Origin: Carpediemonas membranifera BICM
Taxonomy: Eukaryota; Protista; Fornicata
Direction: 5' to 3'
Length of the DNA: 64,000 bases
Assembly: GCA_019828565.1 (NCBI GenBank)
Contig: JAHDYR010000011.1
Location: 195,072-259,071, forward strand
Position numbers and translations under genes: made by a program. Of this stretch, positions 10,502-22,455 are shown piece after piece (positions within the stretch are counted from its first letter, which is position 1; each line of letters starts with the position of its first letter). The notes beneath the pieces are model-generated. The model was given only the letters and a program-made list of their open reading frames with translations, did not search any database and was not told the DNA's origin.

Positions 10502-13500
10502 ATGGTGTGGGAGGAACAGGATGAAGCTGAGTTCATGCAGCTGATCCAGAACGTTGGTACATGGGCTCTCGTTACAAAAGGACGCCCCAAGCGCGAGCGC
10601 AACCTCGATTCCGATACCTCCGACGAAGAGACCGAAGTAGACGAACCCTCCGAGTATGAGGACGAGATCGAAGAGAAAACATACGTTATCGGCTCCGAAG
10701 CCAACCGTTCGTGCCCCCATCTTCCCTCACACAGTGTACATCCGCTCTCTCGAAGCCGTCCTCCAGGCCGACGACATAAGAACTCGTGATGCCACTGTGG
10801 TCATGTCCAAGCTCGACACGGTGTCCAACGATCTCATCCCGGCCTTCATGGTGGCACCCATCCAAGTAGGCCTGGAAGAGCCTGATGAGCGCCGTGAAGC
10901 TCTCCTCGCCGACTTCCGTCTTTCGATCCTCAGACTCATATTCATGGCCACCGAGCCCATCTCCACAGACTCGGAGGTCCTTGCCCGCTACACTGTCATG
11001 AAGCCATTTGTCCATGCAGTCATTGATAACAACTTTCTTCAGGAGCTCACGATGTTCGTGATGACAAACATGGCAACAGTCAGCCGGATGTGGGGCCAGG
11101 GTGACGTCGACGACCGTCTTGCCAATGAGCGAAAGATCACCAACTGTCTGGCTGCCGCGGAGCTCGGGTTTTCTCTCCTGAGCAACATTTTCAGCATCAC
11201 ATCCTCACCAGTACAGCTAGACCAGTCGCTGGCCGACTACCATGCTAGCCTGGTCGACATCCTCTCTAGCCGCCGCTTTACCAACCTCCTCCAAGTAGTC
11301 TCCAACGAATGCGGCCCAGGCAAACCATTCGAGAGCCTCCGCTTCCAGGCACTCGAGCTGTGGAGCCTGATGATGGCCCCTTATGATCCGGTCGCATGTG
11401 TGGAGGCCAAGTACCCCACCCCCGCCAAGCCGAAGCCCAAGCTCGCCTCTGGTCTTGTTGGTCTCAAGTTCGGCAAGGGCGCTGGCATCGGAAGCCTGCC
11501 TGGAAGCCTGGCTAGCCTAGGCTACGCTGGCCGCAAGAAACCATCCCGCAGCAGCAACTTCTCGCGGCAAATGGTGGTTACGAACAGCGCGGGTCAGCGC
11601 CATATGGCCTATGGCTTCACGATCGGCGCCAACAATAAGCTGGAGACGAGGAAACAGCCTACCAAGCCCAAGATATTGCCCAAGCTCTCGGGTCGGGTCA
11701 AAGCTCCGGTCCACACTCACCGGGTGACCCAGGGCGCACGAACAATCGCCCAACTCACTGAGCAGTTTATAGCACAGGGTACGGAGATCGTCAACTACTC
11801 GTACGAGGCGCTGAACAAGGCCACATCGGGCCAGGAGCAGGACTACATGGCACTGGGCCGGCTTTGTCGGTTTGTAGCAGGATACGTCGCTGAGAGCGAG
11901 AGCCGGCGCGCGAGAGTGAGGCCGGACGACCCTGCCGCTGAGGCGTTTGGTACTGATATACAAAAGGTCGCACCGCTTCTGAACTCGGCGCTTATCACTC
12001 TCTTCGTGCGTCGGGCAGTGGAGTACCGCACCTACAAGCAGGACAGCCGTCTACATACAATGATTGACGCCATCTCCGCGGTAATCCTGCTCGCTGCCGA
12101 GTCACTGAAGTCACCCGTTGAAGAGGACAAGGACATTGGTATGGTTCTCATCAGCGAGCTCTCGTACACCCATGATGTTGTCCAGGGGGTCCGGGAAGAA
12201 CTCTGGCACTGGACACCGGCTAGAGGCGTAGACCTGTTACAGTCGGTTGTCGCGTGTACCGCAGTTTACTTTGATACGATTGCTCCGTTGGTGGAGGAGC
12301 AGAAGCTCACGATTCGGTCGAAGAAGAAGCAGAATATCGTCGCGATGACCACTGCTGAGCAGAGGCAGAGAGCAGAAGACTTGGCCTTCGAGCTGGCCCA
12401 GGCGGCAAGGCAGGAGGCGAAGGAGGCGCGAGAGAGGGAGCTCGAGGACAGAAGAAGAGAGCTTGCCGAGCAGATCAAGGACCAGGCGCCCAAGGAGGCC
12501 AAGGAGGAGGGCGAGGGCGCTAAGGAGGAGGAGGAGACCAAGGGTTCCTCTGCCCCTGAGGCCAACATCAACGCCAAGCCCGACCCGGAGGCCAAGCCCG
12601 ACACTACTGACCTCCCCACAGCCGCGAAGCACCTCATTGAAGTGAACGATGACCTCCTCAACCCCAAGGCGGACCCTCTGGCCGAGCTGGAGGCCGACGA
12701 GGAGCTCGACATGAACGACATTGAGATGCTCCGCGACGAGTTCGAGGACGACATCATGGAACGTGACATGTATGACAAAGTCGCAGAGCTTCAGGACGTT
12801 ATCCGTAGTATTCTTCACCCGGCCGTCATTGCCAATGTTGTCTTTTGTCTCACAGGCTATGAGACGCAGGATAAGGTGTTCAACGGCCGAGTTGTGCGAC
12901 TCATTGAGCTTATCGCGAAGGAGAGGTCGGCCATGCTGTTCCAACTCACAATCCTCCATGCGCTGGGCCGTATTGCCTCTCGACCCAAGGCTGAGCTCCT
13001 CAAGCACGGACTGAACCGCCTGCCAGACGTAGTCAAGACGCTTGGTGCCAAGCTTGCTGAGTGTTTGAAGGCCGATCCCGGCCTGTTCCTCACTGTGCTC
13101 ACACCGATCAACGTGGTCACCGCTGAGGTCATCCTAGGCCTCAGAGAGGCTGCGGCTGGGGCCAGAGGCGATGGTGCTGAAGACGTCATCGCACCCACCG
13201 GTGTTGACTTCCTCGCCGAGTTCAACGATGATGACCTGATCGACAGAGAAGCGCTTGTCAACGCCAACCCCGAGGTCGAAGCCAAGATGAAGGGCATCGA
13301 CGGCCAGCCCGTCGTCTTCACTGACGACTTTGACTCGAAGTTGAGGGCAAGATTTGACGAGCTCCTAGTTGTCGGAGATGACCATCAGGCAGCAAGGCTG
13401 ATGATGCTCGACTTTGAAGACTATACGGAGTGGCAGATTCAGCGCAGGATATTCCAACTTGGGCTATCCAAGCCGACTCCAGCCCAAGCCCAGGAATATG

Positions 13501-14402
13501 GCGTGATCGCATCCACCCGTCGGCCCGCTGTCTCGAGGACCCTGGCTATGACCTCAAGAGTTGGCCGTGAAGCTCTCAATCCAGCCCAGCTCACCTCCTT
13601 GAGGTCCGCCTGGAGTGGGCTTGCTGTTCGTATTCCATACACTGGTAATGACGCTGTGGACGACACTCCCATGCGCGGCTTCCCCATCGAGCTCTTCTTT
13701 GAGTGGGTCAAAGCTGCCTGTCCGTTTACCGACTCTGCCAACGACATCCACGCCGCCATGGTGAGGAACGGGATCATCAACGCATCCCATCCGTACAAGA
13801 AGGCTGGTGTAATCGGCGACGCCCCCCGCGACCCTGTGCTCGTCCAGCAACAGAAGGAGCGGGTGAAGCAGCGCTACGAAGAGCTCAAGACCGACCCGCT
13901 TGACACAGATCTGGACGTGGTCTTCTCCTTGTTCGAGGAGTTCAGCATGCTCAGACCCAGCGATATCCGCGGCGCTGTCCACAAGAAATCGTTCCCCAAG
14001 TCTAAGGCCTCTCTCGCTGATGCTGAGAAGAACAAGGCGGCTAAGAAGTCCAAGGATCGCGAGTTGAAGTGGCAGCTAAAGTCCGTCGTACCCAATCGTC
14101 ACCCCATTGCAGAGCGGATGATAGCTGATCTCATACACACCCTGCCCTCCGTGGAAGCGTTCTTTGACGATCTCGACGCAGATCGCGAGGAGGCTGAGCC
14201 TATAGACCCAGCAGAATCGATGAGATTCGACGATGATTTGCTGGATGACTTCGGGAATGCGCCGCCTGAGTTTGATGAGATCGAGGAGGATCTGGATGAG
14301 AGGCTTGAAGACTTTGTGAGCCCAGCAAGACCGAGACCGGCGCCGGCGCTGGAGAGCAAGCGACGGACGCTCATTGACGATAGTGATGACGATAGCGACT
14401 GA
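10502..14402 (+). CDS. TIMELESS: Timeless/Tof1 replication fork protection protein; intron 10707-10734
   Basis: ATG at 10502 and a 28 nt intron GTTCGT...CACACAG join in frame to YIRSLEAVLQADD...DLIPAF...ILRLIFMATEP (Timeless N-terminal pattern). A later AMLFQLTIL motif is also present. Confidence 0.7.
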
Positions 14403-14514
14403 TAATACATATGGTTACGTAAACAGAAGCGCATGGTCGACCTCGAGTCGTCGAGTGAGTCTCGATTTGAAAGATTTAGCAGTTTAAGGGTTTGCTCGCG
14501 CGCGAAACGGCCGA

Positions 14515-15903
14515 ATGAACGATCAGCAAGAACGTAAGACCACTCCATCTTTTGTTCCTTCATTCAAGCCCGATAAGGCGATTCTAGCCTCGATGGATAA
14601 TAGCGCGAAAGCAACAAAGAAGACTGTTGCTTCGAAATCCTTTGTTCCGACGCCTACGACGCTAGAGGATCAAGCTCCGCCCTCTATCCCCTTTCTCGGC
14701 CAATTTGATGTTACTCCCACCTCTGTTTTCCACTCCAGCGAGGGAACGACGCCTTCCTTCTACTCGGCAACCACAGTCCCGGGCTCTCGACTGTTCATGA
14801 GCCCCACGCTCTATGACAGCCTCATAGCACGCAAGACCATCCCTATGCAGGTTTCCCCAGATCCTACCGTTCCAAACCACATATGCGGCTACCATACGAT
14901 CGGGCTCCTCGAAGGGCCATCGGAGGCTCCATCCGCGGTTTGGGGTCGCTCCACTGTGCGGTACAGAGGCGTTTCACACGATACGAGTGAGGCCCACTGT
15001 CTTATCCGCATCGACGGCGTCTCTACGCTGTCTTCAGACTCACTGGCCACTGCCAAGACCCTCAACCACCCAGGCATCGTCGCCCTCCGCAACGCAGTAG
15101 TCACCAAAGAGTTCCTGGGCCGCAGCACCTCCCTCCTGATCGCCACGGACCTCTATCCGAACAGCGTTACCCTGCGTGCTGCCCACACGAACAACCCCCC
15201 GCCAGACGACGTCCTCGTTGCCTACGTGGTCCAGCTTGTAGACGCCGTGCGGTATCTCATGACTGTCCGCCGCCATCCTGTTGTTGTAGACCCCTCGAAG
15301 ATCCTCCTCGTCGGAGTCAATAGAGTCAAGCTCAACTCGGTTGGTGTTCCCGACATAATTTCGGCTAGACCGCGAGCACAGGTGTGTGACGAGACCGGCT
15401 TGACCAATACTATCATCTTCCTCGCTACTGGAGGGTCCAGACAGCCTCAGAGGCCGCTGCCACTCCCTGTAGCAAACGTGGTGTCTGCCCTACGCAGCGG
15501 GGCGGGTATTGACAGGGTTCAGGCCCTGCTCCAGGCCGGATTTAGCACCGTCATGACTGGGGCCCTTTCCTATGCAGACCACCTCGAGGACGCCCTTTCC
15601 AAGAGCATGTTTAGCGGCCAACTCATGGATTTACTCGCGAAGCTCTCGTACGTCGTAGTAACGAGGACAGGGCCTGTGGGCGATGTCCACATTCTCACAC
15701 TGTTCCACTCGTCCCTCTTCGGTGCTGTCGATGGCGTGTCGATGCTGAGCGTGGCACGGGCGTTAGCAATGCTGGGGGCGGGTAACCCTGAGTATGTCGG
15801 GTTGCGGGCACAGAACGATGATGCGGTGGTGGTGGTGAGCTACGCGGAGCTTCTCATGATGCTTGACCGCTGCTGGCTGGAGACATCCACACTTAAAAGC
15901 TAG
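14515..15903 (+). CDS. PAN3: PAN3 deadenylase subunit (pseudokinase plus C-terminal knob)
   Basis: CLIRIDG, HPGIVALR, YVVQLVDAVR, DPSKILLVGVNRVKLN, LEDALSK...GQLMDLLAKL, VVSYAEL. Confidence 0.8.
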   Translation: MNDQQERKTTPSFVPSFKPDKAILASMDNSAKATKKTVASKSFVPTPTTLEDQAPPSIPFLGQFDVTPTSVFHSSEGTTPSFYSATTVPGSRLFMSPTLYDSLIARKTIPMQVSPDPTVPNHICGYHTIGLLEGPSEAPSAVWGRSTVRYRGVSHDTSEAHCLIRIDGVSTLSSDSLATAKTLNHPGIVALRNAVVTKEFLGRSTSLLIATDLYPNSVTLRAAHTNNPPPDDVLVAYVVQLVDAVRYLMTVRRHPVVVDPSKILLVGVNRVKLNSVGVPDIISARPRAQVCDETGLTNTIIFLATGGSRQPQRPLPLPVANVVSALRSGAGIDRVQALLQAGFSTVMTGALSYADHLEDALSKSMFSGQLMDLLAKLSYVVVTRTGPVGDVHILTLFHSSLFGAVDGVSMLSVARALAMLGAGNPEYVGLRAQNDDAVVVVSYAELLMMLDRCWLETSTLKS

Positions 15904-16120
15904 GATCCGTAAAAAAGACGAATATTGTTGCGGTTGTGTCGATAGAATGCGGTTTTGGTGGTTTGATACTGAACAGCCAGGCGTCGGGCAGAGCTATGGA
16001 CTTCTGGCCATGCCGCATTACTGCCTATCCAACGTGGCAGGGTCAAAACAAGCGTGGAATCAAAGATTCGATTCTAATTGGACCCAGCTTGACTCACATT
16101 TTCGGAAGACTGACGCCAGC

Positions 16121-17440
16121 ATGAGATCAGGCGTAGTTCTGCTTCTTATCGTGCTTCTATGCTATAAGGTGAATGCAAATCATTCTTATCCGGCGAAGTG
16201 GCGAGAAAGGCTCTGTCCTGTTGAGTATTCGCCTCTCCCTCGTCTTCACAGCACCAATCTCCCCGAACTCGTGCGGACGAACATGAAAAACGTGCTCAAC
16301 ATAGCAAAGAACCACACTGAGGACTGCTCGCTCTTCGTCTTCCCGGAATACGCCTTCACCGGCGTCGATATGACAGAGGCTGATCTCGTTCTTATTTCCC
16401 TGGACCTCAGTGACCCTGAGATGCCTCCAGAGCCTGTACAAGAGTTCCTAGACTTCGCTGCTATGGAGCGGAAGGTTCTCATCTTTAACATCGTCGAGAG
16501 GAGCGGCCCCCATTTCTATAACACTGTCCTCGTCGTCGACGACACGGGCCAGATTGTAGACAAGTACCGCAAGAAGCACCTCTACTGGGAAGCACGCATG
16601 ACCTCTGGCGGCGAAACCACCCGCTGCGTGGACGTCTACATCGACTACCCCGGAGGCTTTGAGATTATTTCCGTCGTCCCTTTGGTCTGCTTCGACACCC
16701 AGTTCGTACCATTCGATGTGATCGGGTCATGCAACTACCCCACTGTTGTCACAGTATCCTCCTGGTGGCCGGACTTCGCGCCACTGATATCCATGCCCGC
16801 TTGGGGCGGTGCTGTGGCCTCTGCCATCGAAGCGTCCAAAAACACCTCAGCCCATGATACATTTGTGGTATGGGCAAACGCTAACGCCCATAACCGAATG
16901 GAGGACGTCACAGGGAGCGGGGCTTGGGCGGGGCTGACCCCCCTCCGTCTCACAGCTGGTGTGCTCGAACATGGCGCGGGCATGCTCGCCCCACTGGTTG
17001 GAGCATCGGTGGTCGACCCCCAATACGTGCTGCCTAACCGAGATCTACCAGCAACAGCAAAAATCAAGTTTTTGAAGTCGTCATCGACCACTGTGATTTC
17101 CCCTTCATGCAGGATCAGAGTGGGACAAGTCAGCGGATCCATGATCGCCGTGGAGTTCGTCGGAGACTACAACCACCTGCTCAACGTCTCTCTTTGCGGT
17201 GTAATCGAGGCCCACGGCCACGAGGGGTACGTCAGTAACCTCGTTATCGAGGGGCGAGGCTGGCCCAACGGCACTACGTATCCTATTGTGTACAATGCCG
17301 CTGACCGAGACTGTGGGCCACCGCCGCAATTTACGATGGTTGAGCATGGCACGGGTGCTGATATCATGGTGCAGGATGTGACGGCAGGGGCGGTGCTGTG
17401 GCATAGGCCAACGAATGGGACGGAGCCACCCCATTGGTAG
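16121..17440 (+). CDS. Secreted carbon-nitrogen hydrolase (vanin/biotinidase-like)
   Basis: Signal peptide from ATG 16121. Catalytic triad motifs VFPEY, YRKKHL and VCFD. Confidence 0.8.
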   Translation: MRSGVVLLLIVLLCYKVNANHSYPAKWRERLCPVEYSPLPRLHSTNLPELVRTNMKNVLNIAKNHTEDCSLFVFPEYAFTGVDMTEADLVLISLDLSDPEMPPEPVQEFLDFAAMERKVLIFNIVERSGPHFYNTVLVVDDTGQIVDKYRKKHLYWEARMTSGGETTRCVDVYIDYPGGFEIISVVPLVCFDTQFVPFDVIGSCNYPTVVTVSSWWPDFAPLISMPAWGGAVASAIEASKNTSAHDTFVVWANANAHNRMEDVTGSGAWAGLTPLRLTAGVLEHGAGMLAPLVGASVVDPQYVLPNRDLPATAKIKFLKSSSTTVISPSCRIRVGQVSGSMIAVEFVGDYNHLLNVSLCGVIEAHGHEGYVSNLVIEGRGWPNGTTYPIVYNAADRDCGPPPQFTMVEHGTGADIMVQDVTAGAVLWHRPTNGTEPPHW

Positions 17441-17625
17441 GGTTTTCTTAATATTATCGTTAAATCATAGGATAACCGGGTTGGGCGATGGTCTTGCTGT
17501 ACGCGGGCAAGGGAATGTGGGCGGGGTGGGCAAATCTCGTGGCAGGAATGCTAATCTTCGCGTCGTTTCAAGTCACGAGTCGAATCGACTGCTCGTTGCC
17601 AAGCGACGAGTGAGAAGACGAAAAG

Positions 17626-18276
17626 ATGAGTGAAACAAAGGAAACAGCGAAGGCATGCCGTATTTATCTCATGAGGCATGGAGAGACGAACCTTAACGCA
17701 GAGAAGCGTTTCCGAGGCATGACAGATTGCGATCTGTCCGCACGCGGCTTCGAACAGGCGCGCCTCATGGGTCAAAAGCTCAAACACGTCCACTTTGACT
17801 ACTGCATATGCTCCCCTCTCATCCGCGCCGTACATACCGCTGAAACCGTGCTTTCACAGAACGAGGCATCCTCAGTGTCTCCCATCGTTGTCCCAGAGCT
17901 TACAAGCATGAAGTATGGTGACTGGGAGGGCCGCAAGGAGGCAGAGATCGCAGAGAGTGAGCCCGAGCGCTGGGCACAGTTCACCAACGCCATTGAGACG
18001 GTCGACTTTCCCGGCGGTGAATCCCTAGCTAAACTTTGCGCCAGAGCCTCGGCTGCCGTCGCTGAGGCTGTTTCCAAGCACCAGGGGAACATCCTTGTCG
18101 TGACACATCAGGTTGTGACCCGCACGCTGCTCTGTCATTACCTTAACATGCCTGACGCCCGGGGCTACTGGAGAATCGGCCAGGAGACGGCCTGCCTCAA
18201 CCTGGTGGACGTTACGGACGGCAAGACTGTTGTGCAGGCAATCAACATCAGTGCTGAGCACGACCCCATCGAGTAA
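17626..18276 (+). CDS. Histidine phosphatase (phosphoglycerate mutase/CobC-like)
   Basis: RHGET, SPLIRA, YGDWEG, PGGES, VVTH motifs. Confidence 0.9.
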   Translation: MSETKETAKACRIYLMRHGETNLNAEKRFRGMTDCDLSARGFEQARLMGQKLKHVHFDYCICSPLIRAVHTAETVLSQNEASSVSPIVVPELTSMKYGDWEGRKEAEIAESEPERWAQFTNAIETVDFPGGESLAKLCARASAAVAEAVSKHQGNILVVTHQVVTRTLLCHYLNMPDARGYWRIGQETACLNLVDVTDGKTVVQAINISAEHDPIE

Positions 18277-18868
18277 AGCTTACCGTCGTTTTTTGTTGAG
18301 TGACCGTCGATTGATTGGGTCGACTCTGAAGCAATGACTTCATGGTATGGCGATAGATGGAACGTTGGCTGGGCTGGGTCTGGCAAGGATAGGCCCCAAC
18401 TTGAGAATGCGACTCTCCTCACACGTTATGTCTGCCCGCCATCAGTCTGGTGGGCAGCCCATGGGGTGGGGTCCTACTTGCCTCAGCCCTGCAGGTCATC
18501 GATTTTCAAGCGGGGCACGGTGACCATGATGCACAATTCGCCCCTAGGACAACCTCCATCTTCTCAGATTACCAGCAACGGGCATCCTCATTTTATAATA
18601 GAGTACTACTACCCAGCCCGCATCAAGGCCGATCATACGGTACGAAACCAGGAGTAACTGATGCAATCCTTGACGCTGGAGCGCAGCGGCAGCATCTTTA
18701 CGTAGACGGTGAGGTGGTAGGTGAGGATGAATGCGTCGGTCCGGGAGCCAACATGGGCGAGATTGTCGGCCTCCCATCACAACCAATAAAGTGATTCAAA
18801 ACATAAATACCTGCCTGCCTTCTCACTACCGAGATAATCTCATGAAAGAGAGAAAATTTACCGCGACC

Positions 18869-20125
18869 TCACTCCGCAAGGTCCAGCTGCGCCTCTACCT
18901 CCTCAATTGTCCAGAGCCCGAGCCCAGGCACCTCACCCCGGCCATGGGCCTGCATACGCTGGAAGCAGAGCTCGGTTACTTCGGCAGCAGTCAGGCGACG
19001 CTCGTCAATCTCTGTTTCCGAGACATTGGCCTTGCTGCGGTGGAGCTTCTTCGCCTTGCCGAGGCCAGGACCCAGGCGGCTCTTGTTCAGCGCAGTCTCC
19101 TTCTTCTTTGCCTCTGAGTACTCGCGGTCAAGCTTCTTCTGTCGCGTGTCAATCAAAAATGATTTGATTGCTTCGCCTTCTCTTGCTCTGAATGAAAGCT
19201 CGATCAGGTACCTCCTCGCATGGGTCCGGACAACATAATTGCGCCACGCGCCTTGTACAACAACAACGTGATGGCGGAATCTCTGCACGGCGGTCGAGAT
19301 CTGCGCGACCTGACCGAGATCCGACAGGAACGATTGAACGACCGCAGTGGCTGCCATTTTTGACTTCACCCGCCGTTTCAAGCCGAACGAGGTGACAGCT
19401 GCCGCGAGTACCAGACCTGCTACCTTCTTTTCCTCCCGGTGCCGCGCTTCGAGCCACTGCCTGGCGTACCGTTGAATTACAATGGCTGCACCGTTCAACT
19501 TTTCGTCAAACAGGCGGATGTCGTGGCAACGGAGCAGCATAGCCTCAATAACCGAGTGTCTAGCGGTACAAGCCGCGATCCACTGGAGCGATCTTCTCTG
19601 CCTGTGTGCTGCAGGGAACCGGGCGGCGAGAGACCCAACCCGCCCCTCCTTGGCACTCAGGGCGCGCTCACGGCGGGCCTGCTTCTCTGAAAAGAGCTCG
19701 TCTCGGCGACGGCGTACTGCTTCAATGTGTTCGAAATGAGTCCCTCTGCTCGTCCGAAGAAGGGCAGTTTGGCCCAAGACGTCGCCGGCTGAGTGTATAT
19801 TGTCGCGAATCATGTTGCGCTGCGAGTACTTCTCACGTGTCATCTTGTCTCGCTCCGACCTGATGGATTTCACCTTCTCTTCAAGCTCAGAGAGAGCGAG
19901 ATGGTCATGGCGAAGGTCATTCACGGTCTGATCGATTAGCTGCTGAATGGAGGTCTTGCCTGGAGCAATTCCTCTGCGAATTTCGGGTTTAAGGATCCTC
20001 ACGCGTCGTACGGGCTTGTCCTTCGTCTCTTCTTCCGCAGCAGGTTTTCGTGGCTTGATATCCTGTGGAGTAAGAGTTGTTAGTATTTGGGCATATACAG
20101 TATCGAAATTGCTATGTTTTGGCAT
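18869..20125 (-). CDS. IQ-motif coiled-coil protein (probably flagellar)
   Basis: IQ-like motifs IQRYARQW, VQSFL and VQGAWRNY, plus coiled coils. Confidence 0.6.
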   Translation of the reverse strand: MPKHSNFDTVYAQILTTLTPQDIKPRKPAAEEETKDKPVRRVRILKPEIRRGIAPGKTSIQQLIDQTVNDLRHDHLALSELEEKVKSIRSERDKMTREKYSQRNMIRDNIHSAGDVLGQTALLRTSRGTHFEHIEAVRRRRDELFSEKQARRERALSAKEGRVGSLAARFPAAHRQRRSLQWIAACTARHSVIEAMLLRCHDIRLFDEKLNGAAIVIQRYARQWLEARHREEKKVAGLVLAAAVTSFGLKRRVKSKMAATAVVQSFLSDLGQVAQISTAVQRFRHHVVVVQGAWRNYVVRTHARRYLIELSFRAREGEAIKSFLIDTRQKKLDREYSEAKKKETALNKSRLGPGLGKAKKLHRSKANVSETEIDERRLTAAEVTELCFQRMQAHGRGEVPGLGLWTIEEVEAQLDLAE

Positions 20126-20274
20126 GCTGTCTTCTCTTTACTGAGTGTTGCAGCAACAATTTCGGGCGTTTGGAAAAGACGTACATACCACCTACATAAT
20201 CATGTAACATAACATAACAAGCACCCCTCCACTCTCATACAGTCACCATAGCATCTCAAGTCTAAATACACCGT

Positions 20275-21130
20275 TTATTCACTGGGAATCTGGGCCAGGA
20301 GGGCCTGCGAGATGCTCCGCCACGCCGCAGCCGTCGCACTATCAGGGTGCTGCTCGAGGAAGACCGCTCCCGTCTCCTCAGCCTCAGCGAGCTCAGGGTC
20401 GAGGGGGACGTGGCCGAGGAAGGGGATAGCCGCCTCTCTGGCGAGGGCCTCGCCGCCGCCCTTGCCAAAGATGTGGGTGACGTGAGAGCAATCAGGGCAG
20501 GCGAAGCCGGACATGTTCTCGATGAACCCGAGAGTTGTGATGTTCATCTTGCGAGCGAAGGAGATCTCCTTGCGGACGTCGAGGGTGGCGACATCTTGGG
20601 GCGTCGAAACAAGCACGCAGCCGTCAGGACGGGCTGCGGTGAGGCTCTGAACGATGGCGAGGTGCTCATCACTAGTGCCTGGTGGCGTATCGATGATGAG
20701 ATAGTCGAGTTGACCGAAGTTGGTAAGAGTCAAGAACTGTGTGATCATCCCAGTCTTACGAGGACCACGCCACACAACAGGGTCGTCCTGGTTGGGAAGG
20801 AGGAAGCCAATGGACATGACGGAAAGGTTATCGGTGACGGGGACAGGGCTCCAGCCGTCAGCGGACTGAATCACATCGCAGTTCGTCTTGCCAGTCATCG
20901 TAGGGAGGCTCGGGCCGCAGACATCGGTATCAAGGAGACCAACCTTCATGCCAAGCAGAGAGAGGGAGGTAGCAAGCTGGAGAGCGCAGGTGCTCTTGCC
21001 TAGGATAAGAAGATGAAAGTGAGAGGCAACAAAGACTCTCGGAAGACATACCAACGCCGCCCTTGCCTGAAAGGACTAGGATTGTGTGTTTCACATTCTT
21101 CATACGCTCCTGGACGGTTTGTTCGCTCAT
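20275..21130 (-). CDS. NUBP2: Cytosolic Fe-S cluster assembly factor Cfd1/NUBP2; intron 21000-21051
   Basis: The intron splits SGKGGVG|KST. Motifs DVCGPS, WRGPRK, DTPPGTSDEH, ENMSGFACPDC are present. There is no N-terminal Cys cluster, so Cfd1-type rather than Nbp35. Confidence 0.88.
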
Positions 21131-21412
21131 TTTGTCGACAGTTCGATTTCTCTCAATCTGGGTCATGGGCCCCAAAGCTGTGGATCAATGGGCAAGGCAG
21201 GGAGACTTGGTGGTGGGCAGGACGGTATGATATGACAGATGGGTGGAGTGAGTTTCTTGTTTTCAATGTCGACTTTGATTCAACGGAGAATTCTGAATTT
21301 TCGCGGATGCATTGCCGCAAGAAGACCCTAATACCGTAGTAGATACTTCTCTACATCGATATATTCCCCATCAATCCTAACTCCAATCTGATTTACACGT
21401 ATACATACCTCA

Positions 21413-22378
21413 ATGTACTGGGTAACTGCAATCCTGCCAAACGAGATCACCGCCACCAAAATGGAGCAACCACCGGCCACATCAACTCCAGATAGCTTAT
21501 TCTATCTCATGGATGAGCTGTACTCCGACAAGATTGTCCCCATTTCCTTCAGCATGCAGCGTTACAAGAGCGCATGGATGTATTTCCGCTACCACGGTCT
21601 AAACATCGGTATTGCCGCCGGTGTTCTCTTCCTATGCCTCAATGTGTTCACGCGCCTTACTCTCATTGCCACAGCCATCTGCCTTGTTCTCACAGTGACA
21701 ATCATCGGCGCCATCATCGGCCTCCCCGGCCTGGTGGGTATCGCGCTCCTCGTATTCGTCTTCTACCCCTCACTCATCATGAACTACATCGCTGGTGTCA
21801 TTCAGACGATCAAGGTACGCACCGAGCCCTTCTCGGTCTTTACAGTTCTCATCCCACAAAAGGAAGGGTTTAAGCGCCGCCTTGGTATTTTCTACAGCAT
21901 CATTCTGGTGTGCATCCCCCTCCTCCTGGTCGCCCTTCTATGCCTCCTGATCCCAATCATCGGCGGACTCGTCGCCGCCACCATGCTTATCATCACTGGC
22001 ACCTTTGCCTCCCTCCTCGCGGCCCCCATGGCCCTACTCATGACCATGAGCTATAAGACCACCTTTGAATCACTCAAAGTCTCTCTCAACGTCCTGAGGC
22101 TCAACTTCAAAGCTTTCTTCCTCTACGGCTTGGTGACGGCTACCTGGGTCCTTCTGTCTGTCATTTTCACTCAAGTCGTCGGCTGGGTCGCTGGATTTAT
22201 CCCTTATGGAATCGGATTCATCGCTGACATCGCTATCGCGGTGATTGTCTATTCCTTTGTCCCTATTTGTTTCCTTGCTGAGGTAGTCGCCGCTGCTCAG
22301 GCAATGGGACTCGGAAACCACAGCTTCATCGTCGGCCCGACCATGTACCAGGTCGAACCATCCGCTCCTGCGTTCTGA
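21413..22378 (+). CDS. Multi-pass membrane protein, function unknown
   Basis: 321 aa with several hydrophobic helices. Confidence 0.7.
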   Translation: MYWVTAILPNEITATKMEQPPATSTPDSLFYLMDELYSDKIVPISFSMQRYKSAWMYFRYHGLNIGIAAGVLFLCLNVFTRLTLIATAICLVLTVTIIGAIIGLPGLVGIALLVFVFYPSLIMNYIAGVIQTIKVRTEPFSVFTVLIPQKEGFKRRLGIFYSIILVCIPLLLVALLCLLIPIIGGLVAATMLIITGTFASLLAAPMALLMTMSYKTTFESLKVSLNVLRLNFKAFFLYGLVTATWVLLSVIFTQVVGWVAGFIPYGIGFIADIAIAVIVYSFVPICFLAEVVAAAQAMGLGNHSFIVGPTMYQVEPSAPAF

Positions 22379-22455
22379 GTGTATCGTGGAAATGTTCTTG
22401 TCGAATCTAAATCCAGCCTGTCCCGTATCTAGATAGATTCAAGATCACACAAGAT

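Noticed and set aside
12400-12620. Purine-rich GAG/AAG repetitive tract
   Set aside because: It encodes the Glu/Lys/Ala-rich linker of Timeless and is not an independent repeat.
18334-18794. Overlapping short plus-strand ORFs
   Set aside because: No motif and no convincing splice model.
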